From the NCBI GenBank assembly GCA_963829525.1, contig CAWHIJ010000003.1:2816001-2880000 (forward strand): a stretch of DNA of 64,000 bases. The letters run 5' to 3'. This stretch comes from an uncultured Actinomycetota bacterium. Lineage in GTDB: Bacteria > Actinomycetota > Actinomycetes > JAHEKZ01. Below, one piece after another: positions 31,892-41,370 of the stretch (position 1 is its first letter; each line of letters begins with the position of its first letter). The translations under genes were made by a program, and so were the position numbers. The notes under the pieces were generated by a model. That model did no database searches. It saw only the letters and a list, made by a program, of their open reading frames with translations, and was not told where the DNA came from.

Positions 31892-32338
31892 ATGATCCAC
31901 CACCTGTCGATCCCCGTCCGCAACCCGCGCCACACCGCCGACGTGTTCTGCGAGCTCTTGGGCGACGGCGTGGTGACGCCGTTCGGCCCGTACCCCGACT
32001 CGTGGATCGCCTGGAGCGGAGACGCGCACGGAACCGCGGTGGAGTTCTACCCGGTCGGCACCGAGATGTTCGCGCCCGACGATGACCAGCAGGCCCAGTT
32101 CCAACACAATCGGGGCTCCACAGGCCACACGGCCACGCACGCCGCCATCTCGGTCGATCTCGACCTTGATCAGGTGTTGGCTGTCGCGGTCCGCGAGGGC
32201 TGGCGCGCCCTGGTGCTACCTCGGGGCGGCTTCGACGTGATCGAGTTCTGGATCGACAACACCGTGATGGTCGAGCTGCTCACGCCGACCATGGCGGCTG
32301 ACTACCTCGCCACCGCACCACGTCGCGCCGGGCACTGA
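31892..32338 (+). CDS. VOC/glyoxalase-like protein
   Basis: MIHHLSI, VEFYP, HAAISV, IEFW...VELL. Confidence 0.75.
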   Translation: MIHHLSIPVRNPRHTADVFCELLGDGVVTPFGPYPDSWIAWSGDAHGTAVEFYPVGTEMFAPDDDQQAQFQHNRGSTGHTATHAAISVDLDLDQVLAVAVREGWRALVLPRGGFDVIEFWIDNTVMVELLTPTMAADYLATAPRRAGH

Positions 32339-32442
32339 CAACGTGTAGCCCCACTGGGGTCATAGCCCCAGCAAAGGCACACGATGTTTCAGAGGGTTGC
32401 ACCCACAGACAGGTCGTGTTCCCCTGTGGCAGGCTCAGTGCT

Positions 32443-33717
32443 GTGACTCGACTCGTAGCAGGTGACTCGTTCGTGGCCGCTCGATGCGGCTGGCTCGTCG
32501 ACGTCGTGAAGGGGGAAGTCCGTCCGGATGCCACGCTAGTCTTCGATGGCGAACGGGTGGCGGACGTCCTGGCCGGCGATGCCGCGGTGCCTGACGGCCC
32601 AGTGCTCGATCTCTCCGGCTGTGTCGTCACCCCAGGGCTCATCGACCTCCACACCCACCTCACCGGTGAGGAAGAGACCGGCTCGTACGGCGACATCCTG
32701 ATGGAGAGCGAGGCCGACGCTGCGCTCATCGGTGTGCACAATGCCCGCCGCACGATCGACGCCGGGTTCACCACCGTGCGTGACGTCGGGGCCTTCCGCG
32801 CGTTCGCGGACGTGTCACTGCGTAAGGCGATCGACAACGGCTGGGTGACCGGCCCGCGCATGCACTGCGCCGGCGCCTACATCACCTGCACCGGCGGCGG
32901 TGGCGAGGTCACCGGATTCTCGGCGGACGTCAGTCTTCCTGACGCTCTCCGCTTCGGCGTTGCCGACTCCGCCGACGAGGTTCGCCGAGCTGTTCGTCGA
33001 ATCATGGGGCATGGGGCCAACCTCATCAAGGTGATCGCCACCGGTGCCGTCCTTGCGCCCGGCACCAACCCCGGCGCCCCCGAGTTCACCGAAGATGAGA
33101 TCAAGGGCGCTGTCGACGAAGCGGGCAACTACGGCGCCTTCGTGGCTGCGCACGCGCATGGGGCCGAGGGCATCAAGCGCGCGACGCGCGCAGGCGTCCG
33201 TTCGATCGAGCACGGATCTTTCGCCGATGACGAGGCGCTGGCGTTGATGGCCGAGTACGACACCTACCTTGTGGCCGACGTCTGGGCCGGCGACTGGATG
33301 GAGGAAGAGGGGACCAAGAAGGAGTGGCCGGCCGAGACGATGCGCAAGATCGTCGACTCGACCGAGACGCAGCGGGACGCCTTCCGTCGCGCACTCGCAC
33401 ACGGAGTGCGTATCGGTTTCGGCACCGACTCAGGGATCTACCCGCACGGCATGAACATCCATCAGCTCGCCAAGCATGTTGAGCTCGGAATGAGCCCGGT
33501 CGCTGCACTGCGTTCGGCAACGCTGTGGGCCTCGGAGTGCCTGGGGAACGACGCGGTGGGCGTTCTGGCGCCCGGCCGGTACGCCGACCTTGTCGCCGTC
33601 GAGGTCGATGAGGGTGTTGACGCGCGATCGACGAACCCTGCCGAGGTGCTCGGTGACCTCTCACAGTTCGCCGGCCAAATGCGTCACGTCCTCAAGGGCG
33701 CGACGCTCGTCCGCTGA
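32443..33717 (+). CDS. Metal-dependent amidohydrolase (Xaa-Pro dipeptidase-like)
   Basis: PGLIDLHTH, GFTTVRD, AHAHG, SIEHG, FGTDSG, YADLV. Confidence 0.9.
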   Translation: MTRLVAGDSFVAARCGWLVDVVKGEVRPDATLVFDGERVADVLAGDAAVPDGPVLDLSGCVVTPGLIDLHTHLTGEEETGSYGDILMESEADAALIGVHNARRTIDAGFTTVRDVGAFRAFADVSLRKAIDNGWVTGPRMHCAGAYITCTGGGGEVTGFSADVSLPDALRFGVADSADEVRRAVRRIMGHGANLIKVIATGAVLAPGTNPGAPEFTEDEIKGAVDEAGNYGAFVAAHAHGAEGIKRATRAGVRSIEHGSFADDEALALMAEYDTYLVADVWAGDWMEEEGTKKEWPAETMRKIVDSTETQRDAFRRALAHGVRIGFGTDSGIYPHGMNIHQLAKHVELGMSPVAALRSATLWASECLGNDAVGVLAPGRYADLVAVEVDEGVDARSTNPAEVLGDLSQFAGQMRHVLKGATLVR

Positions 33718-33750
33718 ACAGCGGACAGCCCATACCGGCGGACTGGTACA

Positions 33751-33774
33751 GTTGAAGAGTTCTTCAACTCTTCA
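33751..33774. promoter_or_regulatory. Putative ArsR operator
   Basis: AT-rich palindrome GTTGAAGA-GT-TCTTCAAC and overlapping TGAAGAGT-N6-ACTCTTCA just upstream of arsR. Confidence 0.6.
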
Positions 33775-33787
33775 GATCGGTGTACCC

Positions 33788-34126
33788 ATGCCCATCCCGC
33801 TGTATCGAGCCAAGGCCGACTTCTTCCGCGCGCTCGGGCACCCGGCCCGGATTCGCCTGCTGGAGCTGTTGTCCGATGGCGACAAACCCGTCCATGAGCT
33901 GAAGGCTGCCATCGAGATCGAGGCGTCCAGCCTGTCGCACCAGCTGGCCGTCCTCCGCCAGCACGGCCTGGTGCATCAGCGACGAGAAGCCGGCCAGGTG
34001 GTCTACTCACTGGCCCTTCCCGCCGTGCGCGACCTGCTGGTCGCCGCACGCGAGGTCTTGCAGACAAGGACCGCCGACCAAGGCGAGCTCGTCGATGAGA
34101 TCTCCCGCCACGCCGACGCCGGATGA
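33788..34126 (+). CDS. ArsR/SmtB family regulator
   Basis: FFRALGHPARIRLL, SLSHQLAVLR, VVYSL. Confidence 0.9.
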   Translation: MPIPLYRAKADFFRALGHPARIRLLELLSDGDKPVHELKAAIEIEASSLSHQLAVLRQHGLVHQRREAGQVVYSLALPAVRDLLVAAREVLQTRTADQGELVDEISRHADAG

Positions 34127-35862
34127 GCCGAGAACCCAACGTAGCCGCCCTCTCAAGCGGCCAGTCCGTCGTAGGGCATGTGCTGCGAAGAGTGCGCAGT
34201 CTTGCTCCTCGCCGAGCGGACTATGCGCAAATGCGTCTCGCCCCGCGCAAGGATCTGATGGCTGGCGTCACGGTTGGCGTGGTGGCACTACCGCTTGCCC
34301 TCGGCTTCGGGATCACCTCGGGACTGGGGGCCGGCGCAGGACTCATCACCGCGATCATCGCCGGAACCCTGGCCGCCCTCTTCGGTGGCAGCAACGTCCA
34401 GGTCTCCGGACCGACCGGTGCCATGACGGTGGTCTTGGTGCCAATCGTTGCCGTGTACGGCACCAACGGCGTCTTGGTGGTCGGCCTCATGGCAGGCGTG
34501 CTGCTCATCGGCATGGCATTCGCCGGTGTCGGCCGCTACGTGCGGTTCATCCCGCTGCCGGTGATCGAGGGCTTCACTCTGGGCATCGCGGTGATCATCG
34601 GCCTGCAGCAGGTGCCAGCAGCTCTCGGGATGACCGCGGAAGGTCAGCACGTGGTGGCTGTCACGATCGGTGCTATAGCCGACTGGGTGGCAAGTCCTGA
34701 CTGGGCGGCCATCACCGTCACAATCGCCGTTACGACGCTGATTCTTGGTGTGATGCGGCTTCGCCCAGGGGTTCCGATTGCCCTGATCTCGGTGATCGCA
34801 GCGACAGCGGTTACTGCCCTTTTCGACCTTCCACTTGCCACGATCGGCGCTCTTCCGTCACACATTCCAGCTCCCGCACTCCCAGACCTCGCCTGGACCG
34901 ACATCCGGACCCTCGCTGTCCCCGCCCTGGCCGTTGCGGCTCTGGCCGCACTCGAGAGCCTGCTGTCAGCCACCGTCGCCGATGCCATGAGCGTGTCCGA
35001 CCGTCACGACCCAGACCGCGAGCTCTTCGGCCAGGGCATCGCCAACATCGCGGTCCCGCTGTTCGGAGGCATCCCGGCTACCGCTGCCATCGCGCGGACA
35101 GCGGTCAATGTTCGTAGCGGCGCTGCGTCTCGCTTGGCCGCGCTCGTCCACGCACTCGTGCTCCTACTCATAGTCCTTGCACTCGCGGACGCCGTGAGCA
35201 AGATTCCGCTGGCGGCATTGGCCGGAGTCCTCATCGCGACGGCGATCCGGATGGTCGAGGTGTCGAGCGTCCGGGTGCTGCTTCGCTCGTCGCGCAGCGA
35301 CACCGCCGTACTGGTCGTGACCTTCATGGCCACCGTTGCCCTCGACCTCGCCACCGCGGTGATCCTCGGCATCATCGCCGCTGGGGCTCTCGCCCTTCGT
35401 CAGATGGCCAAGACGGCCACACTGCACGAAGTCCCGCTGGAAACGCTCGGCAACGCGACGGAGGACCACCACAGCGAAGAGGAACGCTCGCTGCTCGACG
35501 CGCACGTCGTTGCCTACCGTTTCGAGGGGCCGCTCTTCTTCGGCGGCGCGCACATGGCGTTGCTCGAGCTCACCGAGGTCAGCGACATCCGGGTCGTCAT
35601 CTTGCGTCTGTCACACGTAACGACGCTCGACGCAACCGGCGCTGCAGTGCTCGCCGACACGATCCGCAGCCTCGAGCGTCGCGACGTTGCTGTGCTGATG
35701 TCGGGTCTGCCAACGCGCTTCGTCCCTGCCTTGGCAGCCAATGGGGTCTTTGCGCAGTTGGTCGACCGCGGTCATGTCTTCGACCACACGCCCGAGGCGA
35801 TCGCACATGCGCGGCGGCACGTGACGCGTGACCATCACCACGCTTCCGACAGCGCGAGCTGA
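34123..35862 (+). CDS. SulP family anion transporter with STAS domain
   Basis: DLMAGVTVGVVALP, QVSGPTGA, ELFGQG, ARTAVN, GPLFFG, LDATG. Confidence 0.93.
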   Translation: MSREPNVAALSSGQSVVGHVLRRVRSLAPRRADYAQMRLAPRKDLMAGVTVGVVALPLALGFGITSGLGAGAGLITAIIAGTLAALFGGSNVQVSGPTGAMTVVLVPIVAVYGTNGVLVVGLMAGVLLIGMAFAGVGRYVRFIPLPVIEGFTLGIAVIIGLQQVPAALGMTAEGQHVVAVTIGAIADWVASPDWAAITVTIAVTTLILGVMRLRPGVPIALISVIAATAVTALFDLPLATIGALPSHIPAPALPDLAWTDIRTLAVPALAVAALAALESLLSATVADAMSVSDRHDPDRELFGQGIANIAVPLFGGIPATAAIARTAVNVRSGAASRLAALVHALVLLLIVLALADAVSKIPLAALAGVLIATAIRMVEVSSVRVLLRSSRSDTAVLVVTFMATVALDLATAVILGIIAAGALALRQMAKTATLHEVPLETLGNATEDHHSEEERSLLDAHVVAYRFEGPLFFGGAHMALLELTEVSDIRVVILRLSHVTTLDATGAAVLADTIRSLERRDVAVLMSGLPTRFVPALAANGVFAQLVDRGHVFDHTPEAIAHARRHVTRDHHHASDSAS

Positions 35863-35881
35863 CCGAAAGGTGACTCGCCCG

Positions 35882-36569
35882 CTACTTGCGCGCAGTGTCG
35901 GCGAGGATGACGGTCAAGGCGCCGGCTGGCATGGGTGCTGACGCGGGCCACACCCGCCCCACGTCTGGGAAGTCCTTCGCGAGCCGCTCTGCGGCTTCAC
36001 GGTCACCTGGATAGAAGTACACGGTGTCGGTGGGGACACTGCCCACCCAGTTGTCGACCCCGACGACGTTCCAGCCAGCTGACTCGAACGCGTTCGCCGT
36101 CTCTGCCGCCAGGCCAGAGATCGACGTCTGGTTGAAGACGTACAACGGGATCTGCGGAACCGGTTGCGCGTTCTGCTGGTTGTTGTTGGTGGAGCCGCCC
36201 TTATCTCCACCTTCTGTTGTTCTGGTTGTTCTGGTTGTTCTGGTTGTTGTTCTTGTCGCCGTCCTTGGTGGGCTTACTCGACGCTGTATCGCTGGGCTTA
36301 CCCGACGCGGTATCGCTTGGCTTACCCGACGCGGTATCGCTGGGCTGCACAGAAGGCTGGGTGATGTTCGGCGTCGGGTTCGCCTGTTCCTCGGGGTCGC
36401 CTGAGGTCAGCAGCATCCAGGCCGCGAGCCCGATCGCACCCATGACCACCAGGACGCTGAGGACGGGCAACAACAGCGGTGACGCTGGGGCCGCTTCCGG
36501 CGCACCTCCCACAGGGGCAGCGCGGTGCGAGCCTCCTGGTCGAGGCGGCGGTGACCCGGGCGTCGACAT
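35882..36569 (-). CDS. LytR C-terminal domain membrane protein; frameshift near 36213
   Basis: TM helix and low-complexity linker in one frame; VFNQTSISGLA...VYF LytR_C motif in the next. Confidence 0.75.
36215..36346. repeat. Coding tandem repeats (9-bp NNQ x3; 24-bp PSDTASGK x3)
   Basis: (CTGGTTGTT)n and GGGCTTACCCGACGCGGTATCGCT variants. Confidence 0.8.
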
Positions 36570-36578
36570 GCCCCTAGC

Positions 36579-36872
36579 TCAGACGGAGGCGCCGAGTCGC
36601 CGCGCGGACCGTGCCCGCTGGCGAGCGGCGCGGAGCCGTCGGAGCCGTTTGATCAGCATCGGGTCGAAGGTGAGTGCCTCCGGATTGTCGATCAGCGCGT
36701 TCAGCACCTGGTAGTACCGGGTGGCCGACATGTCGAAGAGCTCGCGGACGGCCTGCTCCTTGGCGCCGGCGTACTTCCACCACTGCCGCTCGAAAGCGAG
36801 GATCTCCTGCTCCCGCTCGGTGAGCGTCGCGGCGCCGGCCGTCATGCCGGAGTTCACGGGAGCGGTTTCCAT
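36579..36872 (-). CDS. DUF3263 family protein
   Basis: ILAFERQWWKYAGAKEQAVRELF...YYQVLNALID. Confidence 0.9.
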   Translation of the reverse strand: METAPVNSGMTAGAATLTEREQEILAFERQWWKYAGAKEQAVRELFDMSATRYYQVLNALIDNPEALTFDPMLIKRLRRLRAARQRARSARRLGASV

Positions 36873-37086
36873 CAGCTTTTCTCTCCTTGCCTCGACGCCA
36901 TCTCTTCGGTGCTCGTACGCGCCCACCGCCGACCCGGCCTGGGGTGGAGCTGCCGGGGCCCCGATGGGGGTGCTGTGGCGGCCCAGGCTTCCCCTCCCGG
37001 GCCGCTGGCCCATCGTATGCCCCAAATCCCAACGATGTCATTCACCCTGCAACGTTCGTCTGGCGCGGCCACATTAGGGTTCGGCC

Positions 37087-37422
37087 ATGTCTTGCTACGT
37101 GGTGTCAGCCGCTACCCAGGAACTCACGCTCGATCCGCTCGATCCGAGCCAAGTCGTCAGCGGAAACCCGCAGGTCAGCAGCTATGAACTCCTCGATACC
37201 GAGTCCGTGGCCGTCGGCATCTGGCAGCACACCGCCGGGGTCTCCACCGACGTCGAGGTGGACGAGATCTTCGTCGTCCTGGCCGGACGCGCCACGATCG
37301 AGGTGTCCGGGGGCCCCACGCTTGAGGTCGGCCCTGGCGACGTCGGCGTCCTTGAGGCGGGGGCCGAGACCACCTGGACCATCCACGAGGACCTCCGGAA
37401 GATCTACGTCATCCGCGGATGA
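37087..37422 (+). CDS. Cupin domain protein (DUF861-like)
   Basis: GIWQHTAG, DEIFVVLAG, WTIHEDLRKIY. Confidence 0.85.
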   Translation: MSCYVVSAATQELTLDPLDPSQVVSGNPQVSSYELLDTESVAVGIWQHTAGVSTDVEVDEIFVVLAGRATIEVSGGPTLEVGPGDVGVLEAGAETTWTIHEDLRKIYVIRG

Positions 37423-37432
37423 CCGCCGCCAC

Positions 37433-38788
37433 CTATCCGGCCATCGTGTCGAGGATCAGGGCAACGTCGGCTTCGGTCGTGCGCGGATTGACGACAGCGA
37501 AGCGCGTCACGGTCTCGCCGTAATGCGTCGTCGGCAAGACGAACGCGAAGTTCGCTGCCAGCAAGCGGTCCGACCACGCGTAGTAGTCCTGCTTGCTCCA
37601 GCCGAGCCGCCGGAACACCACCACTGACAGATTCGGCTCGCGCACCAGCTCAAGGTAGGGCCGCTGCCGCACGCCGTCCGCCGCCGATCGAGCCACCGTC
37701 AACGTGCGCTCAACCGCATCGGTGTAGGCCTGTGTTCCATGCGTGGCGAGGCTGAACCACAGCGGAAGACCCCGGGGTCGGCGCGACAGGTGCACCGCGT
37801 AGTCGCTGGGGTTGAACTCGGTGTCGTCGTTGATCGCCTCGAGGTAACCCGCCGTCTGGGTGTGAGCTGCCTTGCCGAGAGCGGGCTCGCGGTAGAGCAG
37901 CGCACAGGCGTCAAACGGTGCAAAGAGCCACTTGTGCGGGTCGACGATCAGTGAGTCGACGCCTTCGATGCCGTCGAAGATCGAACGCGCACTCGGAGCA
38001 CACAACGCCGCGAGCCCATAGGCGCCATCGACATGCACCCAAAGGCCGCGCTCGCGACCGACCTCCACTGCGCCCTTGATGTCATCGACGACGCCGTAGT
38101 TCGTCGTGCCGCCGGTTGCCACCACCGCGAACAGGTTGTCTTCACCGTGCTCGTCCAGAGTCGCTCGCAGGGCATCGCCGGTCATGCGGCCGTTCTCATC
38201 GACGGGCACGACCACGATGTCGACGTCCATGACACGAGCGGCGTGCTGCATCGATGAGTGCGCCTCGACGCTGCAGGCGAACGCCCAACGTGACGGCCGC
38301 TCTCCTTCGCGACGCGTCGCAGCGGTGTGCCTGGCTGCCACCAACGCTGACAGGTTTCCGTTCGTTCCACCTTGCACGAAGCAGCCGCCCGCCTCTGCTG
38401 GAAGACCGGCCAGATCGGCGATCCACCGAAGTGCCTGATTCTCGGCATACACCGCGCCAGCACCTTCCAGCCACGAGCCGCCGTAGATCGACGAGGCACC
38501 GACAACCAAGTCGAAGAGCGTCGACGCCTCGGTGGGTGCCGCAGGGATGAACGAGAGGTAGCGCGGGTTGTCGACCGAGAGACACGCTGGGGCCAGGACC
38601 TCGGTGAAGACTCGCAGTGCCTCGTCGCCGCCCAGACCCTTCGGCGTGATCGTCTGACCGGCGGCGTCGCGCAGGAAGGCCGGCGACTTGGCGCCGTCCA
38701 ACGGCACCGGATCCAGCCGGAGTCGGTGTCGGGCGTAGTCGATGGCCTGCTGGAGGAGCCGCTCGGTGTCGGCATCAAACGTGTGCAC
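37433..38788 (-). CDS. Group II PLP-dependent amino acid decarboxylase
   Basis: GGTNGN, AHSS, WVHVDGAYG, DPHKW. Confidence 0.9.
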   Translation of the reverse strand: MHTFDADTERLLQQAIDYARHRLRLDPVPLDGAKSPAFLRDAAGQTITPKGLGGDEALRVFTEVLAPACLSVDNPRYLSFIPAAPTEASTLFDLVVGASSIYGGSWLEGAGAVYAENQALRWIADLAGLPAEAGGCFVQGGTNGNLSALVAARHTAATRREGERPSRWAFACSVEAHSSMQHAARVMDVDIVVVPVDENGRMTGDALRATLDEHGEDNLFAVVATGGTTNYGVVDDIKGAVEVGRERGLWVHVDGAYGLAALCAPSARSIFDGIEGVDSLIVDPHKWLFAPFDACALLYREPALGKAAHTQTAGYLEAINDDTEFNPSDYAVHLSRRPRGLPLWFSLATHGTQAYTDAVERTLTVARSAADGVRQRPYLELVREPNLSVVVFRRLGWSKQDYYAWSDRLLAANFAFVLPTTHYGETVTRFAVVNPRTTEADVALILDTMAG

Positions 38789-38881
38789 CGGTGCACTGTA
38801 CGGCCGCGGCAGCGCGTTCAGCAGCGGCAGCAGCGTCCGAGGGCGACAAGCGGCGTCCTGTGGGCTAACGTTGCTCAAACC

Positions 38882-38893
38882 TACGGAACCGTA
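38882..38893. promoter_or_regulatory. Palindrome upstream of desaturase gene
   Basis: TACGG-AA-CCGTA, about 20 nt before the desA start. Confidence 0.45.
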
Positions 38894-38913
38894 AGTTACG
38901 CGAGGAGGCCCAC

Positions 38914-39855
38914 GTGCCCGCCTACACCGAAGACCAGCTCGCCGTCCGGCTGCTCGCTGATCTCGAGCCAGTCGTCACCGGTGAGATCAACCGTCACATC
39001 ACGATGGCCCGAGACTGGTATCCCCACGAGTACGTCCCGTGGAGCGAGGGCCGCAACTTCGGCGGTGTCCTCGATGGCCAGGCATGGGAGCCCACCGAGC
39101 AACGGTTCAGCGACGCGGCGCGCGCCGCTCTCATCGTCAACCTGCTGACCGAGGACAACCTGCCCAGCTACCACTTCGAGATCGCCAACCAGTTCACCCG
39201 CGAGGGCGCCTGGGGCGAGTGGGTGCATCGTTGGACGGCCGAGGAGGGCCGCCATGCACAGGTGATCCGCGACTACCTCACGGTGACGCGCTCGGTCGAC
39301 CCCAACGAGCTCGAGGACCTCCGCATGGCCCACATGCAGACGGGGTTCACTGCGCTGCACCCGGGCATGCTCGGCGGTCTCGCGTACGTGTCATTCCAGG
39401 AGCTGGCGACCCGGGTGTCGCACCGCAACACCGGCAAGGCGACCGGCGACCCGGTGGCCGAGCAGATGTTCGCGCGCATCGCCCTCGACGAGAACCTGCA
39501 CATGATCTTCTATCGCAACATGCTCGGCGCGGCGTTCGAGCTGGCGCCAGACGAGGTGATGGGTGCCGTGCGCGATGTCGTCCTCGACTTCAAGATGCCA
39601 GGTCACGACATCCCAGGGTTTCAGCGCAAGGCCGTGCAGATCGCCGTCGAGGGGATATACGACCTGCGCCAGCACAGGGACGAGGTGCTCATGCCGGTGC
39701 TGCGTCACTGGAAGGTCTTCGAGCGCACCGACCTCGGGCCAGAGGGCGAGAAGGCGCGTCAGCAAGTTGCGGAGTTCCTCGACGATCTGGAGGTCACCGC
39801 GTCCCGGTTCGAGGAGAAGCGGGACGCCCTCAAGGCCCGCCTCGCCGCCCGCTGA
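38914..39855 (+). CDS. desA1: Acyl-ACP desaturase (DesA1-like)
   Basis: LTEDNLPSYH, WTAEEGRH, FQELAT, DENLH di-iron motifs. Confidence 0.93.
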   Translation: MPAYTEDQLAVRLLADLEPVVTGEINRHITMARDWYPHEYVPWSEGRNFGGVLDGQAWEPTEQRFSDAARAALIVNLLTEDNLPSYHFEIANQFTREGAWGEWVHRWTAEEGRHAQVIRDYLTVTRSVDPNELEDLRMAHMQTGFTALHPGMLGGLAYVSFQELATRVSHRNTGKATGDPVAEQMFARIALDENLHMIFYRNMLGAAFELAPDEVMGAVRDVVLDFKMPGHDIPGFQRKAVQIAVEGIYDLRQHRDEVLMPVLRHWKVFERTDLGPEGEKARQQVAEFLDDLEVTASRFEEKRDALKARLAAR

Positions 39856-40038
39856 CTCCCGCCACGACCTCTGCTCGTGATGTTGGCGGCAGTGACGCCA
39901 ACCGTCACTCAACCACCGCACCGCGGGGCAGTCCGGCAACAGGTGATGCGTCCGGCCCCCGATGGTGCTCACTGCTAGCGTTGCACCATCGGCGGGTGGT
40001 GTGACCCCAGCCGGAACCCACGTGACACAGGAGCTTCG

Positions 40039-41337
40039 TTGAGACGACCGTCGATTGACGCCGAGATCGCAGCAAAGATCGATGCGACGGTAAGCAATCC
40101 CGTTCTTGTCCTGGGTGACCCAGCGCAAAGCGGACAACTCGACCTTCTCGCTAACCCCGAAGAGTACGACATCATCGCCAAATGGTTGGCCGGCTCCGGC
40201 TTCCTGCGGTGGCGGCAATCTTGGGCGAAGTTCGACGAAGACGGCGTGAGCGGAGTCTCGCTGTCCGCGACCAAGCGCTGGCTATCGGCAGGCGGCGATC
40301 TGTCCGTCCTGTTCGAAGACAGCGAGGCGATCCCAGGCTTGTCCAACCTGGTCCGTCCTGGACCCGCCACGGTTCTGCTGATCGGCGCCCGCGACATGAT
40401 CGGCCGGAGGGGCCTGGTGAGTCAGGAGCTACGCCACCAGGTCAGCGAAGCGCTCGATCGTGACCCCGAAGCTTGGGCCCTCGCGGAGCGGCGGGCGCCT
40501 GCGATCGGCATGGTCGGTGCCCTGCGCCTGCTGCGACGAGCTTGCGGGGTCGGGCAGCCGCTGCCACCGTCGGCGAGAGTCGCCGGGCTGGCTGGCGCAT
40601 TGCTGCACGGGGGGCCCGTGCGTGCCAAGGCAGAGGTCTTCGCGGAGGCCTTTCCCCGGCGATGGCGACCTGCTGTCGTCTCATTTTCGGGGCTGGACGG
40701 CTCGGGAAAGAGCACGCAGGTGACGCAGCTGCAGGACACTCTCGCCCTGCTGGGGGCTTCTGCCGAACTGCAATGGGCCGGCTTCAAGACCGGGTCCTCG
40801 ATCCGGTCCGCCCTCCCCGTTCTCGATCGGTCACTGCGAACAGGCGCCCGGGGCGCACAGCCTGCGACGACACCTCCGCGAGAGCGTGACCCGCTGGTGC
40901 CGGCTGCGTGCCTCGGCCACCCACTGGGCGAGCAGCTGTGGACCTTCACCGTCGTCGCCGTCAATGCGATCAACCTGTGGCGGCACGTGCTCAAGCCCCG
41001 ACGCGGCGCCGAGGTGCTCATCTTCGACCGATTCAGTCCTGATTCCTCGTTGAAGCTCGACTTCCACTACGGGTGCAACCGGCACATCGATATTCGCCGG
41101 CAGCGTGCCCTCTTCACCTTCCTGAGCCCCAAGCCAGATGTGGGATTCCTGGTCGCGGTGCCCGCCGTGGTAGCTCACCAACGTCGTCAGGAACAGACAC
41201 TGGATGAGCTCACGGTGATGGCGCGGCTTTACGACGACCAGGAGTCTCGGTTCGGGCTGGTTCGCCTCGACGGAACCGAACCGGCCGATCAGCTCGGTCG
41301 GTTCGTGGTCAAGGCGGCCTGGGAAGGTATGCGCTGA
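40039..41337 (+). CDS. Nucleotidyltransferase-like N-domain + thymidylate-kinase-like P-loop C-domain
   Basis: SFSGLDGSGKST, LIFDRF, PKPD; N-terminal G..QLDLL. Confidence 0.65.
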   Translation: MRRPSIDAEIAAKIDATVSNPVLVLGDPAQSGQLDLLANPEEYDIIAKWLAGSGFLRWRQSWAKFDEDGVSGVSLSATKRWLSAGGDLSVLFEDSEAIPGLSNLVRPGPATVLLIGARDMIGRRGLVSQELRHQVSEALDRDPEAWALAERRAPAIGMVGALRLLRRACGVGQPLPPSARVAGLAGALLHGGPVRAKAEVFAEAFPRRWRPAVVSFSGLDGSGKSTQVTQLQDTLALLGASAELQWAGFKTGSSIRSALPVLDRSLRTGARGAQPATTPPRERDPLVPAACLGHPLGEQLWTFTVVAVNAINLWRHVLKPRRGAEVLIFDRFSPDSSLKLDFHYGCNRHIDIRRQRALFTFLSPKPDVGFLVAVPAVVAHQRRQEQTLDELTVMARLYDDQESRFGLVRLDGTEPADQLGRFVVKAAWEGMR

Positions 41338-41370
41338 CTTCTGCGGCATCGGCAACCTCCGCGTGAGGCG

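Noticed and set aside
39959-39992. 10-bp stem hairpin CCGATGGTGC-N14-GCACCATCGG as another copy of the REP-like family
   Set aside because: Different arm sequence and spacer length; single copy, more likely a local terminator or operator.
40039-41337. Housekeeping tmk
   Set aside because: About twice the normal length, lacks the TREPG motif, and sits beside a flippase.
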